DNA of 64,000 nt from the NCBI GenBank assembly GCA_963805065.1, contig CAWDSS010000010.1, positions 147,696 through 211,695 of the forward strand. Reading direction: 5' to 3'. Every line of letters begins with the position of its first letter. The first letter of the stretch is position 1. The notes under the pieces are model-generated. The model had not been told where the DNA came from and searched no databases. It saw only the letters and a program-made list of their open reading frames with translations. The position numbers and the translations under genes are program-made. This document shows positions 1-7,767 of the stretch, piece by piece. The stretch comes from Candidatus Omnitrophota bacterium (lineage in GTDB: Bacteria; Omnitrophota; Gorgyraeia; Gygaellales; Profunditerraquicolaceae).

Positions 1-448
1 TCGCAAATTTAGCGGCAAAACTGTAGTCAGGATTAGTAAAAGTGGCAAGGGAAATTGCAAAGGACGGTATCCCGAGAATTGCTCCTTCTGTTGCCCCTGA
101 AACCGTCCCTGAATAAAGCACACTGTAACCTACGTTTTGCCCTAGGTTAATACCTGAAACAATCAAATCCGGCTTTTTCTTTAGTAAGGCTCTAATTGCA
201 AGCTTTACGCAATCAGCAGGTGTGCCGGTAGTAGCATAGCCAAAGAACTTACCGTTTCTATTAACCTTTTTAACTCTTAAGGGGTCAGAAAGCGTAATTG
301 CATGCCCAACAGCGCTTCTTTCAGCATCGGGAGCCACAATAGTAACTTTTCCTATTGTTTTAAGTGATTCGTATAGAGCTCGGATTCCTTCTGAATAAAT
401 ACCGTCATCGTTGGTTAAAAGTATATTGATTTTAGTCCTTCTTATCAT
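1..448 (-). CDS. surE: 5'/3'-nucleotidase SurE, N-terminal ~149 aa (gene runs off the window start)
   Basis: Not in the ORF track because it is cut by the window edge. My translation from ATG 448-446 reads MIRRTKINILLTNDDGIYSEGIRALYESLKTIGKVTIVAPDAERSAVGHAITLSDPL...SGINLGQNVGYSVLYSGTVSGATEGAILGIPSFAIS. The NDDG, SGINxG and YSGTV motifs are typical of SurE. An AGGAGG lies 12 nt upstream. Confidence 0.8.
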   Translation of the reverse strand, partial: MIRRTKINILLTNDDGIYSEGIRALYESLKTIGKVTIVAPDAERSAVGHAITLSDPLRVKKVNRNGKFFGYATTGTPADCVKLAIRALLKKKPDLIVSGINLGQNVGYSVLYSGTVSGATEGAILGIPSFAISLATFTNPDYSFAAKFA

Positions 449-1034
449 AGTAATTTGTATCCTCCTGAATACTATACCCTTCTTCGTATACATGGGCAGT
501 CCAACAATCGGCAAAATGCACTAATAGAGTCAAAGGCATTTCGCGGTGCGCTACTTCTTTATTGGCTTCAATATACTGTCCGTCATGATACAAAATCGCC
601 TGGGCTTCTGAGTCCGATAAAGGAATATATTTGGCGATTAAATATAGGCTTCGGGCAGCCAGGTTCATGTAGACTTCCTTGGGGTTTACCTTATAAGTCA
701 TATCCCTATTTTTTACTTCCCATTCATTATCATTCTTAAAATATCTTGGCTTTCCTGGCATACCGATTTTACCGACATCGTGCAATAACCCTACGATAAC
801 ACAAGATTCTTCAGATAACTGAGGAGCGATAGTTTCGCGTAGCTTTAGAAGCGTTTCAGTAACGCCAACACTATGCTCCAAGAGCCCGCCTTCCTTATTC
901 AAATGAAATCTCGTGCTTGCCGGACTAGTAAGCCAGCTGGTTTCGTTTTCAAGCATACCGATAAAAGTATCAAAGTCCTGCTTTCGCTTGATAACGTTAC
1001 TTTTCAATATTTCATAACGTTCCTTTATAGTCAT
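432..1034 (-). CDS. HD-domain metal-dependent phosphohydrolase
   Basis: 200 aa with an H..HD..D signature (RFHLNKEGGLLEHS, LLHDVGK, ILYHDG, HFADCW). Its 3' end overlaps the surE RBS and ATG by 17 nt, and it starts 3 nt after ORF 1038..1574, so the three genes form a coupled chain. Confidence 0.7.
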   Translation of the reverse strand: MTIKERYEILKSNVIKRKQDFDTFIGMLENETSWLTSPASTRFHLNKEGGLLEHSVGVTETLLKLRETIAPQLSEESCVIVGLLHDVGKIGMPGKPRYFKNDNEWEVKNRDMTYKVNPKEVYMNLAARSLYLIAKYIPLSDSEAQAILYHDGQYIEANKEVAHREMPLTLLVHFADCWTAHVYEEGYSIQEDTNYYDKKD

Positions 1035-1037
1035 TGG

Positions 1038-1574
1038 TCATTCCTTTCGTTCTTTGAGAAAATTGGCTATATATTCTAATAGCTCTTTTGAATTAAAATC
1101 AGGGTATTTTCCTGAGAATATTCTATAGCGATTGACACTGCTATTTTTTACGGGAATTATATTCTGAATCGATCTTTCAAGCCGTTCCCACTGCTTGGTT
1201 TTTGCCGTCTTGTCGATTTTCAGCTTTGAGATGTCCAATATTTGAATAAATAAGACCGAATCAGCCATACCTATGCGCTCATTATTTTCCGATTCATGAA
1301 TGAAGTACTTCGACAATGCAGAAGTAAGGAATTTGCCGCAGATTTGCGTTGGCTTGATATTAGCCTCTTCAATTTCTATAATAACCTTAATCTTATTATC
1401 AACGGTTATCAAGAGATCGACATTGCAATATTCAGTTACCCGCGAACGTTCCTCAGAACAAAATAAAGGAATATGCTGGTTGCCGCCGCAAGCTGGATCT
1501 TTGATAATCTTGCAGCCCGGGAATACATCTTCGTTGATTGATTTCCCGATTAATTCATGAAAAGGATGATCCAT
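1038..1574 (-). CDS. small hypothetical protein with a PD-(D/E)XK-like motif (possible restriction-endonuclease-fold nuclease)
   Basis: 178 aa. NVDLLITVDNKIKVIIEIEEANIKP fits a D-x13-E-x-E..K core. An AAGGAG RBS precedes the ATG. Nothing else is recognisable by eye. Confidence 0.35.
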   Translation of the reverse strand: MDHPFHELIGKSINEDVFPGCKIIKDPACGGNQHIPLFCSEERSRVTEYCNVDLLITVDNKIKVIIEIEEANIKPTQICGKFLTSALSKYFIHESENNERIGMADSVLFIQILDISKLKIDKTAKTKQWERLERSIQNIIPVKNSSVNRYRIFSGKYPDFNSKELLEYIANFLKERKE

Positions 1575-1601
1575 ATCTTTTCTCCTTGGCTCCTATGAAA
1601 T

Positions 1602-1644
1602 AAAAAACCTTTGCCATCTTTCCGGGCAAAGGTTTTGCTTTTTT
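1602..1644. terminator. bidirectional intrinsic terminator hairpin
   Basis: AAAACCTTTGCC-atctttccg-GGCAAAGGTTTT, with an A-run on the left (1598-1607) and a T-run on the right (1637-1644). Confidence 0.6.
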
Positions 1645-1696
1645 AATGTCCAGGTTCCCCCTTCAACTCAGGACCCTACTTTCTAAAATCATTATT

Positions 1697-1725
1697 AATA
1701 TATACCCTTTATAAGGCTTTGTCAA
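1697..1725 (-). promoter_or_regulatory. sigma70-like promoter reading leftwards
   Basis: Minus strand TTGACA (1725-1720), 17 nt, TATATT (1702-1697). It lies immediately after the stop of ORF 1734..2738 and upstream of the 1602-1644 hairpin. Confidence 0.4.
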
Positions 1726-1733
1726 CCTTTTCC

Positions 1734-2738
1734 TTAGCGCTTTTGGGCCTTAACAAACTGGTTTAGAACCAAAGGGATGCAGTCGTTCGTAAAATATAGC
1801 TCTACTTCCTGGTAGCGGTCATGTAGATTACAAGCTTTGGCAAATTCCTTATGTGATTCCGGAAACTTCTCAGGCCCGTTGATTAAAATAAGCCTGGTCC
1901 GCCTGCGTACGTCAATCGCATGCTCCGGGAAAAACATTGCTAACCCCCTTTTATGATCCTCAACCCAATTACAGTAATCAAGCCCTTGGAAGATTACGCT
2001 CTTCAGCCGCGCATTAAGCAGTTTTACATATTTAAGCTCTATTACCGTAAGCCACTTACGCTTACGCTCAAGGGCAAGGATATCAATTACCTCAGACTTC
2101 TTTGTCCCCTCACCTGCGGGTACTTCGCAATCAAGGATATCATAGCTATAGCCTCCTAATTCCCCTCCGGCTTTAAGATACTCCACTACCGCTGCCTGAA
2201 GATCCATTACTTCGTTCTTTATTTCTACGGCCTTGGTAAGGCTGTTTTCATAATGCTCTTTTATGCTCCGAAAACGTTCCTGAAGAGACTTAAACTGTTC
2301 AACATTGATAAATTGTATCAAGCGGATGTCCGGAACCGCTATTTTAAGCAGACGGATCTTTCTTAAAAATACCTCATCGAATGAATGACCCAATATTAGA
2401 AGCGGAACGGCGCTGTTACCTGCAGATATCTTATTCCAATACTCAAACACCAAAGGCAATAACTCTGTTTGCAGAGGCGTGGGTAAATCCCTTAAGTCCG
2501 TACCGGAGCCACCATAACCTACTATCGCAGCAGGTAAGTGTTTGTTTTTGACACGGATAGAACCCTTATAAAAGGCCAGATGGTTAGAGTAATTTGGGGA
2601 TTCTACGGTAACGCCGATATTATTCTTTAAATATTCTACTATATAATTAACGAACTCATAACGCTCAAGAGCTTTAACGTCAAAACGGAACCTTTTTGAA
2701 ACCCCTGAATCAAAAGAGATATCAATTTCTTTATCCAT
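1734..2738 (-). CDS. hypothetical protein with a C-terminal NucS/Shedu-like PD-(D/E)XK nuclease domain
   Basis: 334 aa. The C-terminal part CEVP...EVIDILALERKRKWLTVIELKYVK...QGLDY fits E..D-x12-ExK..QxxxY. The N-terminal ~200 aa are unrecognised. Confidence 0.4.
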   Translation of the reverse strand: MDKEIDISFDSGVSKRFRFDVKALERYEFVNYIVEYLKNNIGVTVESPNYSNHLAFYKGSIRVKNKHLPAAIVGYGGSGTDLRDLPTPLQTELLPLVFEYWNKISAGNSAVPLLILGHSFDEVFLRKIRLLKIAVPDIRLIQFINVEQFKSLQERFRSIKEHYENSLTKAVEIKNEVMDLQAAVVEYLKAGGELGGYSYDILDCEVPAGEGTKKSEVIDILALERKRKWLTVIELKYVKLLNARLKSVIFQGLDYCNWVEDHKRGLAMFFPEHAIDVRRRTRLILINGPEKFPESHKEFAKACNLHDRYQEVELYFTNDCIPLVLNQFVKAQKR

Positions 2739-2777
2739 TTTTCCACATCATTCTCGTCTATGATTATTCCATTTTGG

Positions 2778-2805
2778 CATATTCCAATATGTAATATAAC
2801 ATATT
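2778..2805. promoter_or_regulatory. candidate operator made of overlapping CATATT/AATATG half-sites
   Basis: CATATTccAATATGtaatataACATATT lies in the 87-bp divergent region between ORFs 1734..2738 and 2826..3047. Confidence 0.3.
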
Positions 2806-2825
2806 AGTGAGGGAAGTCAAACTAT

Positions 2826-3047
2826 ATGAATAAGACTATTTATTCAGAAGGTCACAAGGTGCTGGTAAATAAGTTGATAAGGGCTCGCAAAGAAAAGGGC
2901 CTTAGGCAGGGAGATGTCGCGAAATTGCTAGGCAGGACACAATCTTATGTCTCAAAAATAGAGGCTGGCCAACGCAGAGTAGACATAATTCAATTGAAAG
3001 AATTCGCGAAAATTTACAAAAAAAATCTTGATTTCTTCGTTAAATAA
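2826..3047 (+). CDS. XRE-family helix-turn-helix regulator (controller-protein size)
   Basis: 73 aa. LRQGDVAKLLGRTQSYVSKIEAGQRRVDI is a canonical XRE/HTH_3 motif. Confidence 0.8.
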   Translation: MNKTIYSEGHKVLVNKLIRARKEKGLRQGDVAKLLGRTQSYVSKIEAGQRRVDIIQLKEFAKIYKKNLDFFVK

Positions 3048-3107
3048 TATGCGTCTTCTATCTACTACAAATAACTCACCGGAAACAACTCTCTGTAAAC
3101 AGGTTAA

Positions 3108-3146
3108 AATAAAAGCGCCGCGGTGGTAAACCGTGGCGCTTTTATC
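3108..3146. terminator. bidirectional terminator between convergent genes
   Basis: AAAAGCGCCGCGG-tggtaaa-CCGTGGCGCTTTT with flanking A and T runs. It sits between the XRE stop (3047) and the terL stop (3162). Confidence 0.6.
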
Positions 3147-3161
3147 AAAATCTACTACTGC

Positions 3162-4844
3162 CTAGTAAGAAAATCTGTTCCAGCCGTACCAACCATAAGG
3201 CACAAGACCGTCGGGCGTAGGATAAACTGGCTCAGGATCTCCCGGCAGTGGAGGATAACTCCCGCCTCCAGCTAACCCAAAACTAAATTCATTACCATTA
3301 GATAGACGTACCGCAAGCTCTAAGGCATCTAATCCGTCGTCGTGTCGGCCTTTCGGGAAATACCTGCAGTCCTCCAAAAGCTGCCGGTGCTTCTTGCTGA
3401 ATTGCAAGTTGCCACTTTTAATACGCGGCCGTAGAGACTGAATCCTTGCAATTTTATCATCTTTATTAATCACTGCTTCGAGAGGAATATAAAGCCCCAT
3501 ATCCTCTCCTTTCTTCCTGACAAGATCCACAAGGACTCGCTGAAACTGGTTACTCTCAATCCCAAATTTAACAAACTTATACCTTAGACAATAAGCTAAG
3601 ATATCCTCGATTATCTTCTCTATGGGCCGGCGCTCTATATCAGCTACTATGATATAGAGTGTCTTAGAGGTTTCGTCTTTTGCCAATACGATAATAGCCG
3701 AGAAGTCTCCCTTAACCGTGCTTAACCCAAGGCTTGGATCGCAGGCGCCGTAAAACTTTACGTTATCGCCTAATAACTTCAATAAATCATCAATAGATCG
3801 CCCGGACGCATCCCAGTATACGATATTGTCTATGTCAAAAAGACAATCCCTAAGGTTAACTGGTGTGTTCTGGAATTCCGAAAGGAAACTAAGCTCATTT
3901 TCTTGCCGTATTTCCATAAGTCTGTGCAGGCTATAGCGCTTATCCCAAAGAAGCTTAGCTCCTTCATCCATTGCCATTTTATTCTCTTGATAATATTGAT
4001 AAGCTGCCGCGGGCCCACTCGCCCCCTTAAACTCCATTTTATGGTTGTAGATGTTAGCCCAAGTATCGTCCCATAAGTCCATGCGCCTAGGCCAAGTCAC
4101 AAGAGCAGGATATACCTTCTTAATCCACGTTGGGTACTCGTCTGGACAGACATATTCGCTCAAAAGACTGTAGGGATGATAAAGGTTACCAATAAAGATA
4201 TAATTGGTAACCTCTGAGCCAACTTTAAGAACCGACTTCTCGTACCAGTCTTTCATCTTGTCGCGCGATTCTACCCCAAAGGTGTTCTCGGCGTCTTCTA
4301 AATCGTCGGCCAGAACCAATGTCGGGCGGGCGGTTCCAAATCTGCGCCCGCGGATCTGCTGACCTGAACCTAGTGCCAAGACCAAAACCTTATTTCTAGT
4401 AATTATGTCTGACTGCCTCCAGCGCAGCAGTTTGAATTTACCGCTTGATTCGAATACTTCCGGAAAATCCAGCTTTAGCAATTCATTTTCCGTTAACTCC
4501 TTTTTGATGTTATCTAGTATCTGAGCTGCCTGCGAAGCTGTATTCGAAATAATCACAATAAATTCTTCTTTCGAATAGCAGATGCTGTAAATTACGTCAA
4601 TTAAGGTAACCGTGGTGCTCTTTCCGAATTCGCGCGGCGCGGCAATGGCAATCTTTTTGCCTCTTTCGAGCGTTGCGGCATCAAGTATGCGGTATATCTC
4701 AAGATGAGCCGCTGACGGGTCAAATTCCATATGGTGTCTCATATATAGCCTTGAAAATGTAAGCAGCGACTTGCTGCCTTCCTGTCTTCTTAATCTTGAT
4801 AGTTCTCTTGCGATATTATTTTTCATCTTGTTCCTCCTTTTCAT
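3162..4844 (-). CDS. terL: phage terminase large subunit
   Basis: 560 aa. Walker A is AAPREFGKST and Walker B is LVLADDLED. The C-terminal RNaseH-like nuclease acidic residues are present (YGACDPSLG, GRHDDGLDALELA). Confidence 0.85.
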   Translation of the reverse strand: MKRRNKMKNNIARELSRLRRQEGSKSLLTFSRLYMRHHMEFDPSAAHLEIYRILDAATLERGKKIAIAAPREFGKSTTVTLIDVIYSICYSKEEFIVIISNTASQAAQILDNIKKELTENELLKLDFPEVFESSGKFKLLRWRQSDIITRNKVLVLALGSGQQIRGRRFGTARPTLVLADDLEDAENTFGVESRDKMKDWYEKSVLKVGSEVTNYIFIGNLYHPYSLLSEYVCPDEYPTWIKKVYPALVTWPRRMDLWDDTWANIYNHKMEFKGASGPAAAYQYYQENKMAMDEGAKLLWDKRYSLHRLMEIRQENELSFLSEFQNTPVNLRDCLFDIDNIVYWDASGRSIDDLLKLLGDNVKFYGACDPSLGLSTVKGDFSAIIVLAKDETSKTLYIIVADIERRPIEKIIEDILAYCLRYKFVKFGIESNQFQRVLVDLVRKKGEDMGLYIPLEAVINKDDKIARIQSLRPRIKSGNLQFSKKHRQLLEDCRYFPKGRHDDGLDALELAVRLSNGNEFSFGLAGGGSYPPLPGDPEPVYPTPDGLVPYGWYGWNRFSY

Positions 4845-5508
4845 CTTTTGGTTTATCGTCCTTCTTCGTTAGTTTGTTTACTTCCTGATTTATCTCGACT
4901 TGCTCAATCCTTACTTTTAAAGCTCTAATCTTTTTTTCGGTTTCAGGATCAAGGGTACCCGCTTCTTTTGCTGCGCGCTCAATTTCACTTAACATGCTCT
5001 TAGCCTCTGCAATATCTCTTTCGCCATCCCCATCTGCTACGTGATGGAAAATATCTTCTACGATCTCCTGTGGCTTCAGGGGGAGATACCCCAATGTTTG
5101 CATTTTTTCAACCACCTCCTTTAAAACGCGCCAGGCCAGAAACTCCGACTGAGATTTCTCTCCGTTAGTCGCATCTGGACTGCGCGCAAGACGCATTAAA
5201 TGCTTATGATGCACCATAGCCTTCTGGAACATATTTCCTATAATGCATTTGGCCTGATTAATATCAGGGCTTAAGGCGTTTCGCTTCTCTATCTCTTGTA
5301 AATCTCGCCTTACGGTCCTCTCGGTTATCATAAGGATCTGTCCGATCTGCGCCTGCGTGTACCCCTCGCTGCTAAGAAATTCTACACAACGCTGTCTTAT
5401 TTCGTTAGTTAATGTTTTAGGATTTAAAGTACCGTCTTTAATTTGTTGAATCAAAGAAAGAATCGGCTCTTCATCGTCGGGGATTTCTTTTTTATTGTTA
5501 TTGCCCAT
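4816..5508 (-). CDS. putative terminase small subunit / sigma70-region-4-like HTH DNA-binding protein
   Basis: The ORF track extends to 5595, but MGNNNKKEIP (ATG 5508) gives an 11-nt overlap with the upstream gene. The HTH is GYTQAQIGQILMITERTVRRDLQEI. Its position directly upstream of terL supports the call. The acidic/basic C-terminal tail is low complexity. Confidence 0.45.
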   Translation of the reverse strand: MGNNNKKEIPDDEEPILSLIQQIKDGTLNPKTLTNEIRQRCVEFLSSEGYTQAQIGQILMITERTVRRDLQEIEKRNALSPDINQAKCIIGNMFQKAMVHHKHLMRLARSPDATNGEKSQSEFLAWRVLKEVVEKMQTLGYLPLKPQEIVEDIFHHVADGDGERDIAEAKSMLSEIERAAKEAGTLDPETEKKIRALKVRIEQVEINQEVNKLTKKDDKPKDEKEEQDEK

Positions 5509-6781
5509 CGATGACCTCCTTGAGATATTTTTTACGTATGTCTTCTGAAACTTTATCGATGCCTTTATAGGCAATGTACCGACGGACAATCGCATCGCAG
5601 TATTTCGGGTCTATCTCTATCCCAAAACAACGACGATCAATAGACTCCGCTGCAATTAATGTTGACCCGCTGCCCAAACATAGATCCAAAACGATATCGC
5701 CGCGTTCGCTGCTGTTGCGGATAGCGCGTGCCGCGAGTTCACAAGGTTTTTGAGTCGGATGTCGGTATTGGCTCGTCGGGTCTCGTTTAACCTGCCAAAG
5801 ACTGCTTTCGTTGACACCGCCATACCAGCGATGTTTTTCACCTTCCTTCCAACCGTAGAGACAAAACTCAGTTTGTTGATGATAGTCGCCGTAGGAAATT
5901 GCGAAATTCGGTTTTGCCCAAGTCAAAACGCAACCGATATGATAATTAAGATCGGTCAATAGTCGATGCATCGGTGCAAATTGGCAATGACCGTTCCAAA
6001 TATAGAATGAACATCCCGGCTCAAGCACTTTGTCAATATTGGCAAACAGCTTTTTAAGAAACTCTTCGTATTCCTCCTGGCTCAAGTTGTCCGCATAAAT
6101 TCTTTCCCAGTTACGCGAACGTTTAGGGCGAGCGGACTTGGGTCGCGGCCTGTCTCCGCCGAGATATGCGATATTGTAAGGCGGATCCATATTTACGAGC
6201 CTCGCCATTTCATTCCCCATAAGCAGCATTACGTCATCTAATATGGTAGAATCGCCGCAGAGAATACGATGGTTGCCGAGAGTAATAATGTCTCCGCGTT
6301 TGGTTTTCGGCTCTGAGATACTTTCAAGAGCGGATTGGAAATCATAATCATCTCCGTCCTTCTGTTCTCCGTAGCGGTCGAAAATCTGGCCAATCTCTGC
6401 AACATTAAAGCCCGTAACGGTTACGTCAAACTCTGGTATTTTTGATAACTCATCCAAAAGCGCAGCAAGTTTTTCTTTATCCCAACCTCCACCAACTTTG
6501 TTCAAAGCAAGATTAGCTGCTTTCTCTTTCTCCAAAGAGAAATCCACCACAAAAGCTTCGATATGAGTTATCCCTTTGGCCTTAAACACTTTTATCCGCT
6601 GCTCTCCGGAAATCACTTGATGTGTTTTTATATTAACCACGGGCAACCCCAGCAGTCCGAACTCATCAATGCTTCGTTCAATATTCTTGTATTCAGGGTC
6701 ACCCGGTTTTAAGTCAACCCGCGGGTTATAAGGTGAAAATTGATAATCATTGAGACAAATTGTCTGAATTGTGGGTTTCAT
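5498..6781 (-). CDS. ParB-like nuclease domain fused to an N4/N6 DNA methyltransferase
   Basis: 427 aa. The N-terminal part is ParB/Srx-like (YNPRVDL...ISGEQRIKV). The C-terminal MTase motifs are NMDPPYN (IV), HPTQKP and DLCLGSGST (I). A GAGGAGG RBS precedes the ATG. Confidence 0.85.
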   Translation of the reverse strand: MKPTIQTICLNDYQFSPYNPRVDLKPGDPEYKNIERSIDEFGLLGLPVVNIKTHQVISGEQRIKVFKAKGITHIEAFVVDFSLEKEKAANLALNKVGGGWDKEKLAALLDELSKIPEFDVTVTGFNVAEIGQIFDRYGEQKDGDDYDFQSALESISEPKTKRGDIITLGNHRILCGDSTILDDVMLLMGNEMARLVNMDPPYNIAYLGGDRPRPKSARPKRSRNWERIYADNLSQEEYEEFLKKLFANIDKVLEPGCSFYIWNGHCQFAPMHRLLTDLNYHIGCVLTWAKPNFAISYGDYHQQTEFCLYGWKEGEKHRWYGGVNESSLWQVKRDPTSQYRHPTQKPCELAARAIRNSSERGDIVLDLCLGSGSTLIAAESIDRRCFGIEIDPKYCDAIVRRYIAYKGIDKVSEDIRKKYLKEVIDGQ

Positions 6782-6872
6782 CTGTTACCTCCTCTGTTTG
6801 TATTTATGTTGAGTTGATAGTAAAAAACAACCTGTTACCACCTCCTTTCCCGGCTCTGCAGGCCCTAAAAAC

Positions 6873-6937
6873 CAAAAAAAACGCGATCATCTGCAAGCTT
6901 GTGTTTTCACATCACAGTATTTGCAGATAATCGCGTT
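6873..6937 (-). terminator. strong intrinsic terminator (minus strand)
   Basis: Minus strand AACGCGATTATCTGCAA-loop-TTGCAGATGATCGCGTT followed by T8 (plus-strand A-run 6874-6881). Confidence 0.65.
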
Positions 6938-7045
6938 TATGAATTGCGACTAAAGCCTTATGGGTCTTTTGGTCTATCTCTAACGAAAATCCCTTCCGGC
7001 TTTATGAATTTCTATTATGTCTAAAGAGCAATTGTTTCAGAAATT

Positions 7046-7073
7046 ACTATACACTATTTTCTTAATTTGTCAA
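7046..7073 (-). promoter_or_regulatory. sigma70-like promoter (minus strand)
   Basis: Minus strand TTGACA (7073-7068), 16 nt, TATAGT (7051-7046). It lies 29 nt after the stop of ORF 7102..7767 and ~110 nt upstream of the 6873-6937 terminator. Confidence 0.4.
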
Positions 7074-7101
7074 GATATGTTAAGGTAACAGTATTTTTTG
7101 A

Positions 7102-7767
7102 TTACTGGTGGGAGCCTTGTGTGAATTGACAATAAAGGCAGTCTTGTTTATAGGATGGAATTGAGCCATCATATGTCTTTTTTGCATTTACGAGGGCTTG
7201 CTCTATCCAAGAGCCATCCCCTTCTTGCGGTTCAAGGAAGAAATCAAAGGAAAGTTTACCTTCCACAAAACCACCATTCTTATTTACCTTAGTAAACAGG
7301 AAATACCCAGTCTTGGAAACTTTATATCCATTCTGAATAAGTAGCCACTGGTAAACTTCCATCTGACGCTTGTATTGTGGGTATATTTGGTATTGATTGG
7401 CTCCGGTAGCTTTATAATCTACTACGATTAACTCGCCTGCTGGATTAATCCATACATCATCCACAGCCCCAAAGACAAGAAAGTCTGTAGCCTTATGGTG
7501 AAATTGGATACCCGTAAAGTTATGTCGCCAAGTATCGATTTCCTTACATTTATAGGGAATGACGTTAATGTTATGTTTCTTGATAATGTAATGGGCTGTG
7601 CCGTTTTCGCGGCAGACGTCGAATTCCTGCTTCAGTAGGCCATCGATAGCAGAGTTAATCGTATATGGTGCTGGTGGTGGACGTTTAACGCCTTTCTTCA
7701 TGTCCAGCCAAAAGCAGCGTGGACAATCTAAGAATAACTCGAGTTTTGAACGAGAAAACTTGATCAT
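7102..7767 (-). CDS. Cas4/RecB-family PD-(D/E)XK nuclease with terminal cysteine pairs
   Basis: 221 aa. Motifs are GAVDDVW (D), VVDYKAT (DxK) and QMEVYQWL (QxxxY). Cys pairs sit at both ends (CPRCFW near the N-terminus, CLYCQF near the C-terminus), like the Fe-S staple of Cas4/AddB. Its ATG overlaps the RT stop (ATGA). Confidence 0.75.
   Translation of the reverse strand: MIKFSRSKLELFLDCPRCFWLDMKKGVKRPPPAPYTINSAIDGLLKQEFDVCRENGTAHYIIKKHNINVIPYKCKEIDTWRHNFTGIQFHHKATDFLVFGAVDDVWINPAGELIVVDYKATGANQYQIYPQYKRQMEVYQWLLIQNGYKVSKTGYFLFTKVNKNGGFVEGKLSFDFFLEPQEGDGSWIEQALVNAKKTYDGSIPSYKQDCLYCQFTQGSHQ

Noticed and set aside
1-3200. I searched for a direct repeat of the tRNA-His 3' end at the left side of the island, as classic tyrosine-integrase att duplication would leave.
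   Set aside because: No second copy of the tRNA 3' segment was seen. The element encodes a serine recombinase, which does not generate such repeats. Only a weak shared CCTACTT(T/A)A motif (1674, 20413, 20473) was found, which is insufficient to call att sites.
5509-5595. An upstream extension of the TerS-like ORF (MRLSVGTLPIKASIKFQKTYVKNISRRSS).
   Set aside because: The extension lies entirely inside the 3' end of the ParB-methyltransferase gene in another frame. Met at 5508 gives a short, typical operon overlap.
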